This document shows positions 25,514-32,000 of a DNA stretch of 32,000 nucleotides, in pieces (position 1 is the first letter of the stretch; the number at the start of each line of letters is the position of its first letter). Source of the DNA: Planctopirus limnophila DSM 3776 (GTDB lineage Bacteria > Planctomycetota > Planctomycetia > Planctomycetales > Planctomycetaceae); assembly GCF_000092105.1 (NCBI RefSeq), contig NC_014148.1, positions 4,440,001 to 4,472,000 on the forward strand, written 5' to 3'. The notes beneath the pieces were generated by a model. That model searched no databases. It saw nothing but the letters and a program-made list of their open reading frames with translations, and was not told the DNA's origin. A program made the translations under genes and the position numbers.

Positions 25514-26068
25514 CTAGCGGCTTTTGAGCCGCTGGCTGAACTTCTGGCGGAACTTGGCGACTTTCGGGGCCACGACAGCCGCACAATAGGCCTGAGCCGG
25601 GTGAGCGCGGAAGTAGCCTTGATGGTAGTCTTCTGCCGGGTAAAAAGTGACCGCGGGGACGATCTGCGTCACAAATCTTCCAGGCCAGATCCCAGCCGCT
25701 TCGAGTTCAGTGAACCTGGATTGAGCAACCGTCTGCTGTTCGCTGTCATGGAAAAAAATTGCCGAGCGATACTGCGTGCCAATATCGTTTCCCTGTCGAT
25801 CCTTTGTGGTCGGGTCGTGGATGGCGAAGAAAATCTCCAGCAGGTCGCTGTAGCTGATGATCTGAGGATCAAACTCGATCTGGACAACTTCCGCGTGTCC
25901 GGTTCGTCCTGTGCAGACCTGCTCATAAGTCGGATTGACGGTGGCTCCACCCATGTAGCCAGAAACGACACGATCGACGCCAATGACATTCTCAAAAACT
26001 GCTTCGAGGCACCAGAAACAGCCACCTGCTAAAGTCGCCATCGAACGGTCAGATTGTGCATTGGTCAT
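25514..26068 (-). CDS. msrA: Peptide-methionine (S)-S-oxide reductase MsrA
   Basis: ATLAGGCFWCLEAVF catalytic motif, then GYMGG...NPTYEQVCTGRTGHAEVVQIEFDP and HDPTT..RQGNDIGTQYRSAIF. Confidence 0.95.
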   Translation of the reverse strand: MTNAQSDRSMATLAGGCFWCLEAVFENVIGVDRVVSGYMGGATVNPTYEQVCTGRTGHAEVVQIEFDPQIISYSDLLEIFFAIHDPTTKDRQGNDIGTQYRSAIFFHDSEQQTVAQSRFTELEAAGIWPGRFVTQIVPAVTFYPAEDYHQGYFRAHPAQAYCAAVVAPKVAKFRQKFSQRLKSR

Positions 26069-26257
26069 AGATAGCCTCTTGAATTTCAGCAGATCTGTGC
26101 AGCCACTCGCTTTGTGAGTCGATCACGCGGCAGCAGGTGTTTATCTCTTGCCGTACGCGATTTGATTCCACTTATGTGATTTTAGTAACAGCGGCATCAG
26201 GCTGGAAAACGGCTCAAAGTGGTTGTCCAGCCCGATGAACATGCTGTGTGAGCGAGA

Positions 26258-27286
26258 TCACTTTCGTTTGATGTAGTTCATATAGGCAAAAAAGATCACA
26301 GGTGGTGCGACCAGGAATGTCAGTGGGAAAAAGACCCAGCCTGGAATACGGTTTTGGTAAACGTAAGGCCAAAGGATCCAGGTATCGAGGTTGAAACCGG
26401 CAATCAATGTGCCGCAGATGATCAGAATCCCCATGTTCCGCTGTTCGACGTATTCATCATCCGTGAGCTTTTCAGCAGCCTGTTTGCGAGGTGCGGCAGC
26501 GCCGGGCTTGCTGGCAGATGACTTACTCCCCTTTTTGCGGGTGGGTTCGGCAACTTCCTTGCGCATGCCGTTGGCATAGTATTTGGAAATGCCCTGATTG
26601 ATGCCAAGCTGGGAAGCGATGACATGCCGCATGGGCTTGTCGTAGCGGAGGCGAATTTCGTCTTCGAGTTCTTGTGGGGGATCGTCAGCACAGGCCACGA
26701 GAATCTGTCCGTCGTCTTCGAACAACGGCAGACAGGTATGCCGGCGAACCACCTGCCGGGGGAGAAGATCGAGAATGGAATCGTCGGGGAGCATTTCATT
26801 GAGGTCAACAAACGGTCGCCCCAATTCGCTGGCCAGCGCCCGGGCCGCGGTTTCACCGTCGGCCAGTTTCAATTGAACGACAGCGTCTTTAAGTGTGAGA
26901 CCCGAGCGATCTGCGAAGGCTTTGACTTCTTTGGCCTGATCCTGCGAGATGACACCTTGATCCACCAGATAGGCTGTTACTGGCCGCCGGCCGGTGCTGG
27001 GGTCGCGGTCGTCGATCTCCCTTCCCAGTGAGCGATCGTAATCGAGTTTGCGTTCGAGATCGGTGAGGCAGAGCATGGCTCTGGCCAGTTCGTTCAGCAG
27101 TTCCTGCGATTCGGTCGCGTACTGACCGGTGGCATACTTGCGGACATGGCCGTTGAGTTTTTTATAGTTCTTGCGAATTTTGTCAGGGTCATCCTCGAAT
27201 TGAATGACCCGCAAAAGAGCATAATGATCGGGCGGACGGTCACCTTCGGGAATTCCCAACCATTCCTTATAAACGTCAATGGCCAC
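26258..27286 (-). CDS. Membrane-anchored protein with a degenerate J-like N-terminus and a T2SS-E N-terminal (MshEN-like) domain
   Basis: GTG start with GGAG 6 nt upstream. The N-terminus YKEWLGIPEGDRPPDHYALLRV...IRKNYKKLNGHVRKY is J-domain-like but lacks HPD. YLVDQGVISQDQAKEVKAFADRSGLTLKDAVVQLKLADGETAARALASELGRPFVDLNE...LPLFEDDGQILVACADDP matches the GspE/MshE N-domain pattern. The C-terminus has two TM helices. Confidence 0.75.
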   Translation of the reverse strand: MAIDVYKEWLGIPEGDRPPDHYALLRVIQFEDDPDKIRKNYKKLNGHVRKYATGQYATESQELLNELARAMLCLTDLERKLDYDRSLGREIDDRDPSTGRRPVTAYLVDQGVISQDQAKEVKAFADRSGLTLKDAVVQLKLADGETAARALASELGRPFVDLNEMLPDDSILDLLPRQVVRRHTCLPLFEDDGQILVACADDPPQELEDEIRLRYDKPMRHVIASQLGINQGISKYYANGMRKEVAEPTRKKGSKSSASKPGAAAPRKQAAEKLTDDEYVEQRNMGILIICGTLIAGFNLDTWILWPYVYQNRIPGWVFFPLTFLVAPPVIFFAYMNYIKRK

Positions 27287-27672
27287 GGTTCACTCCGGCT
27301 GGTTGTTTCGTCGAGGGGTCAAGTCTGATTTGGTCAACCGCAATCGTTCAGCAAATTGGAGAGGCGTACTGCGAACAGGGCGGTTTCGCGTTGAATTATC
27401 ATCGAATCAATCTGCTGGAGGCAACGCAAGAGAGCAATGTCCTGTTTTGACTTTCTCAAGTGAGAAACTGCCCCTTTCAGTCTTGAAAAGCCAGGAGTGG
27501 CTTCGATTTGTGATCCCTGGGCCAGGAAAATCTCATCTGGACTGACAGGATCTCTGCTGGAAACGAGCCCTTCCTGCTAGAATATTGGTAATAAAGTTTT
27601 GCAGGCCATGGGTATGAAAAGTGTCCCAAGTTGGCCTCAACGAACCAAGTGATGGCCTGGCGGGAAAGACGG

Positions 27673-28617
27673 ATGCGGATACTTCTGGCAAATCCTCGTG
27701 GCTTTTGTGCTGGTGTGAACATGGCCATTGAGTGCCTGGACGAAGTGATCCGCATGTTCGGGCCGCATGTCTTCGTGTACCACGAGATTGTTCATAACAA
27801 GTATGTCGTCGATCGATTCACACGTCAGGGTGTGACTTTTGTGGACTCGGTCGAAGAAGTCCCCGAAGGTTCAGTGCTGTTATACAGTGCCCATGGTGTT
27901 TCGCCTGTCATTCGGCAGGCAGCCCGTGAGCGAAAACTGCAGACGATTGATGCCACCTGCCCGCTGGTGACCAAGGTGCATCTGGAAGCCATCAAGTACG
28001 CCCGGGAAAAGTACAATATTATTCTCATCGGCCATGAAGGTCATGACGAAGTGATCGGCACGATGGGTGAAGCTCCTGAGAGTATTACCCTGGTCGAGAC
28101 CGACGAAGATGTGGCCAGTTTACCCTTCACAGCAGAGGATCCGCTGGTTTACCTGACTCAGACAACACTTTCGGTCGAGGAAGCCGGGAGAGTGGTAGCC
28201 GCCCTGAAGGCGCGATATCCGCACATCAAATCTCCGCCAAAAGAAGATATCTGCTACGCGACGACCAACCGACAGGAAGCTGTGGCTCAACTGGCGGCCG
28301 AGGCCGATCTGGTGATTGTGCTGGGAAGCCAGAACAGTTCGAACAGCCGCCGGTTGATGGAACTTGGCAGTGGAGGCAACAAACCTTCGTATCTGGTGGA
28401 TGGCGCTCACGAACTCAATCACGCCTGGTTTGAGAATGTCGAATGCGTGCTAATCACGGCTGGTGCCAGTGCTCCCGAGGTTGTTGTTCAGGATTGTATC
28501 GAATACCTGCGAACCAACTTCGGTGCGAAGGTGGATGAACGCACCATCCGCGAAGAGCACGTCTCCTTTCCGCTGCCTAAGGAACTTCGAGCCTTGCAGA
28601 AGTTGCGCATAGAGTAA
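27673..28617 (+). CDS. ispH: 4-hydroxy-3-methylbut-2-enyl diphosphate reductase IspH
   Basis: MRILLANPRGFCAGVNMAIE... aligns with the IspH N-terminus, with further Cys motifs at IDATCPLVTKVH and ICYATTNRQ. The ATG at 27673 is preferred; upstream TTG 27631 and ATG 27652 are possible. Confidence 0.93.
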   Translation: MRILLANPRGFCAGVNMAIECLDEVIRMFGPHVFVYHEIVHNKYVVDRFTRQGVTFVDSVEEVPEGSVLLYSAHGVSPVIRQAARERKLQTIDATCPLVTKVHLEAIKYAREKYNIILIGHEGHDEVIGTMGEAPESITLVETDEDVASLPFTAEDPLVYLTQTTLSVEEAGRVVAALKARYPHIKSPPKEDICYATTNRQEAVAQLAAEADLVIVLGSQNSSNSRRLMELGSGGNKPSYLVDGAHELNHAWFENVECVLITAGASAPEVVVQDCIEYLRTNFGAKVDERTIREEHVSFPLPKELRALQKLRIE

Positions 28618-28910
28618 TTGCCGGCATTCTGGAGGACTTTTCAACGGGAGTTTTCGTCTAAAAGTCCATTCAGAAATTCCAGAATGCTCTACCAGCACAA
28701 CTGTTCCGTATCGAATGTCAAGTGATATTTGATCGACTCTGGAAATCAGAAAGTCCAGGTTAAGTGTCGAATTGGCACGCCTTCGGGGCACTATTCCAAA
28801 ATAAGAATTTTATATCGGATGCCATATTTTTATGGTATCTCATCACGACCTGAGCTTTATGCCGAGAGCTCGCCTTGCCTGGCTTATGATTTCATGTCGT
28901 AAAACACACG

Positions 28911-31900
28911 ATGACTCACGATCAAACAGATTCCGCTCGATCAATTGAGAAAACCGTTGATCAACCAAGCAGCCAGATTCAAAACACAGATTGGAACCTG
29001 CTGTTTGGGATAATTGCTGTTCAGATGAATTTCGTGACACGTGACCATTTTCTTTCGGCAATGAAAGCGTCGTCAGCCAACGATGCGCGACCACTAGGTG
29101 AGATTCTTGTCGCAACTGGCGCAATGACCGTCGAGCACCACAAGATGCTCGAAGCTCTCATTAATGCCTTGCTTCAACAACATGAAAACGACCTGCACAA
29201 ATGTCTGGACGCATTAAGTTCTATCTCGTCGATCAGGGAAGATCTCGATCAATTGCAGGATCCTGAACTTACTGTTCGCCTTCAGCGGCATTTATCTTTA
29301 GAACCAGCTTCCTCTCTCTCTGTTCACAAAGAATCAGAGACTTCTGACTCATCGAAACTTCGCTTTAAAATCATTCGACCGCATGCTAAAGGTGGTCTTG
29401 GTGAGGTATCTGTCGCTTTAGATCAAGAACTGAATCGGGAAGTGGCCTTAAAAGAGATTCAGAAAAAGTATCTGGGTGATCCTGCCAGTCGTGAGCGATT
29501 CTTACAGGAAGCCGAAATCACTGGTGGATTGCAGCATCCGGGTATTGTTCCCGTTTATGGACTGGGAACCTTCCCGGATGGAAGTCCTTTTTATGCGATG
29601 CGTTTTATTCGCGGTCACAGCCTGAAAGATGCCATCGACTCCCATCACAAAGCCAATCAACAGCGACAAACAATTCCGTCAGAAAAAAGACTGGAACTCC
29701 GAGAGTTACTGGGACGCTTCATTGATGTCTGCCAGGCGATTCAGTACGCCCATAGTCGAGGAGTTCTGCATCGTGATTTAAAGCCCGGCAACATTATGCT
29801 GGGAAAATATGGCGAGACTCTGGTTGTAGACTGGGGACTCGCCAAAGTTCTCGGGCATCAGGAAATTCAATCTGAAGAATCGCTTTTAGTTCCTTCGTCG
29901 TCCATCAGCAGTTCCGGAAAGACTCGCCCGGGATCTGCATTAGGAACTCCCGCCTATATGAGTCCTGAGCAAGCAGCAGGGAAGCTGGATGAACTTGGCC
30001 CGGAAACAGACGTCTATAGTCTGGGGGCTACCTTATATCATCTTCTGACAGGCCAGTCGCCATTCGATGGTAAGATCCATGAAGTGATCGATAAGGTTCA
30101 GAAAGGGGAGCTTGTTCATCCCCGAGATATCGCCTCGAGCGTTCCTCCCGCCCTGGCTGCTATTTGCCTGAAAGCGATGGCTCACAATCCTCAGCAACGC
30201 TATAGCTCTCCGCAGCAGATTGCAGATGACATTGAACGATGGCTCGCTGATGAGCCAGTCAGTGCCTATTCGGACACCTGGTCCGATCAGTTATCGCGTC
30301 TTGAAAGAAAGCATCGTGCATGGTTCCGGGCTGGACTGGTTTCTGCTTCCTTAATTGCAATTCTGGCTCTGATTTCCACCCTGTGGATCAACGCTGAGCG
30401 TAAACGAACCGACAAGTACGCCAGGTCAGAAGAGCTTGCCAAGAACAACGCCCTCAATGCGAAGAAAACTGCCGAAGAGAAAGAGCTCGAGTCTCGCCGT
30501 CGTCTTTATATCGGCAACATGAACTTCGCTCGCCATGCCTGGGAAGAAGCCAGACTATTTCAGCTGACACAAATTCTGGAAAAGACTGCCCCCGGAACAT
30601 ATGCTGATCAATGTCGTGATTTTGAATGGTACTATTGGGATCGCAAGGCAAAGGAAGAGCTCAAGACTCTGCAGGGGCATGCCTCTGGAGTGCATAGTGT
30701 TACGTTCAGTCCTGACGGAAAACAACTCGCTACAGCAGGTGGTGATTCAACGGCCAGGGTATGGAATGTCTCGACTGGGCAGGAAATCGTGACTTTGCAA
30801 GGTCATACTTCCTACCTACAGACGGTCGCTTATAGTCAGGATGGAAGCCTTCTGGCTACTGCCGGCGGCGATAAGACCATTAAACTCTGGAATCCATCAA
30901 CCGGGCAGCTAATTCGAACACTTATCGGGCACTCGAATGAAGTATCGCAAGTGGCATTCAGCCAGGATGGAATGCGGCTTGCCTCTTCGAGTAGAGACAT
31001 ACTGTCTTTCCCGAATAAAGACATCACAGTGAAAATCTGGAATGTCCTTACAGGAAATGAAATTATTACCCTTTCAGGGTACACAGATGGGGTACTTGAT
31101 ATTGAGTTCAGTCCCGATGACAGGATCATTGCCGCAGCAGGTGGTGACGGTCAAATAACTCTCTGGAATGCAACCACTTATGAAAAGATAACAAGTTTCA
31201 AATGTCATCCCTACGCAATATTTGATATCGCATTTAGCCCCGATGGAGCACAAATTGCTTCAGCCAGCGCGGATCGCACTATTAAAATCTGGAACACAAA
31301 GACGTATGAAGAAGTCAAGACGTTCCAGGGACATCTGGGCGCTGTCTCCGATGTTGTCTTCACCCCAAACGGTCACCAGATTGTTTCTGGGAGTGTGGAC
31401 AGAACCATTAAAGTCTGGGATGTAGTGACAGGGAGCGAATTAGTTTCTTTTGCTAGTGCTTCCAATGCACCGATGGGTGGTGCGACTCTCGGAGTCGCAG
31501 TTAGCCCTGATGGATCCAGAATCGCATCAGCAGGCGATGACGGAACCGTCAAGCTTTGGGATGCATCGCTGACTTTCAATTCCATTGTCGGTAAAGGGCA
31601 TACTCAATCAGTCAATTGTGTCGCATGCAGTCCTGATAACAGCCGAATTGTTACCGGCGGCCAGGATGAACTGGTAAAGATCTGGGATGCTTCTACCGGC
31701 ATTGAACTTGCGACGCTTAAAGGGTACCCAGGGTCTGTTCGGGCTGTGGCATTCAGTCCTGATGGATCCATGATTGCTGCTGCGGGAATGGATACTCGCA
31801 GAAATCCAGTCCGTCGCGACCATTCCATCAAGATCTGGAATTCAACCACCTATCAGGAGATCGCTACACTGAGTGGTCATGAGCGATTTATAGATGATAT

Positions 31901-32000
31901 TTCTTTCAGTCCCGATAGTCAGAGAATTGCATCAGCATCGAATGACATGACGGCGAGAGTGTGGGATGTTGCAAAGGCGAAGCAGATTTGTCTGTTCAAA
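28911..32000 (+). CDS. Ser/Thr protein kinase, TM helix and WD40-repeat fusion protein (3-prime partial, runs off the window)
   Basis: Not in the ORF track because there is no stop in the window. I translated 28911-32000 by hand and found 1030 codons with no stop. The ATG at 28911 is the first start after the in-frame TGA at 28887. N-terminal WNLLFGIIAVQMNFV motif. Kinase motifs GGLGEVSVA, VALKEI, HRDLKPGNIML, DWGLAK, GTPAYMSPEQ. TM helix LVSASLIAILALISTLWI near 30340. At least 10 WD40 units from about 30660 (for example GHASGVHSVTFSPDGKQLATAGGDSTARVWN). Confidence 0.9.
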   Translation, partial: MTHDQTDSARSIEKTVDQPSSQIQNTDWNLLFGIIAVQMNFVTRDHFLSAMKASSANDARPLGEILVATGAMTVEHHKMLEALINALLQQHENDLHKCLDALSSISSIREDLDQLQDPELTVRLQRHLSLEPASSLSVHKESETSDSSKLRFKIIRPHAKGGLGEVSVALDQELNREVALKEIQKKYLGDPASRERFLQEAEITGGLQHPGIVPVYGLGTFPDGSPFYAMRFIRGHSLKDAIDSHHKANQQRQTIPSEKRLELRELLGRFIDVCQAIQYAHSRGVLHRDLKPGNIMLGKYGETLVVDWGLAKVLGHQEIQSEESLLVPSSSISSSGKTRPGSALGTPAYMSPEQAAGKLDELGPETDVYSLGATLYHLLTGQSPFDGKIHEVIDKVQKGELVHPRDIASSVPPALAAICLKAMAHNPQQRYSSPQQIADDIERWLADEPVSAYSDTWSDQLSRLERKHRAWFRAGLVSASLIAILALISTLWINAERKRTDKYARSEELAKNNALNAKKTAEEKELESRRRLYIGNMNFARHAWEEARLFQLTQILEKTAPGTYADQCRDFEWYYWDRKAKEELKTLQGHASGVHSVTFSPDGKQLATAGGDSTARVWNVSTGQEIVTLQGHTSYLQTVAYSQDGSLLATAGGDKTIKLWNPSTGQLIRTLIGHSNEVSQVAFSQDGMRLASSSRDILSFPNKDITVKIWNVLTGNEIITLSGYTDGVLDIEFSPDDRIIAAAGGDGQITLWNATTYEKITSFKCHPYAIFDIAFSPDGAQIASASADRTIKIWNTKTYEEVKTFQGHLGAVSDVVFTPNGHQIVSGSVDRTIKVWDVVTGSELVSFASASNAPMGGATLGVAVSPDGSRIASAGDDGTVKLWDASLTFNSIVGKGHTQSVNCVACSPDNSRIVTGGQDELVKIWDASTGIELATLKGYPGSVRAVAFSPDGSMIAAAGMDTRRNPVRRDHSIKIWNSTTYQEIATLSGHERFIDDISFSPDSQRIASASNDMTARVWDVAKAKQICLFK

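Noticed and set aside
25487-26032. 181 aa + strand ORF beginning at the G8 gene stop
   Set aside because: It is fully antisense to msrA, which carries the unmistakable GCFWC active site.
27287-27672. Promoter for ispH (tagaat at 27578-27583)
   Set aside because: A -10-like hexamer exists, but no acceptable -35 lies at 16-18 bp spacing. Planctomycete promoter consensus is poorly defined, so this is too weak to annotate.

Overview
The window reads as chromosomal DNA from a Planctomycetota-type genome. This is an inference from gene content: a DUF1559/H-X9-DG pseudopilin-like gene, two Ser/Thr kinases (one fused to a TM helix and at least 10 WD40 repeats), a degenerate J-like N-terminus, and long non-coding spacers. 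I support 26 CDS, one initiator-type tRNA-Met, several intrinsic terminators, one promoter/operator candidate and several small repeats. I saw no rRNA, CRISPR array, transposase, integrase or phage genes. Recognisable housekeeping genes are csrA, folD, msrA and ispH. The rest is accessory or poorly characterised. It includes a BON-domain protein with a Met/Pro/Gly-rich linker, a solitary ABC ATPase and a solitary HlyD-type adaptor. There is also an SmtB-type metal sensor operon with a duplicated His/Cys-rich protein. A DUF1207-like protein sits next to an alpha/beta hydrolase, and a GC-poor pair of translationally coupled unknown membrane genes lies just after the tRNA. A GH33-type sialidase is convergent with a sodium:solute symporter. 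Finally, a pseudopilin-like gene, a small lipoprotein and a G8/beta-helix protein form a tight triad. The best candidates for undescribed biology are: (1) the SmtB-like repressor plus His/Cys-rich repeat protein; (2) the pseudopilin/lipoprotein/G8 beta-helix triad next to the sialidase-symporter pair; (3) the tRNA-adjacent coupled unknown genes upstream of a polytopic kinase; (4) two unusual non-coding regions, a 1 kb polypurine-then-polypyrimidine spacer and a 47 bp repeat pair. All functional calls come from motifs read by eye. No database search was run.
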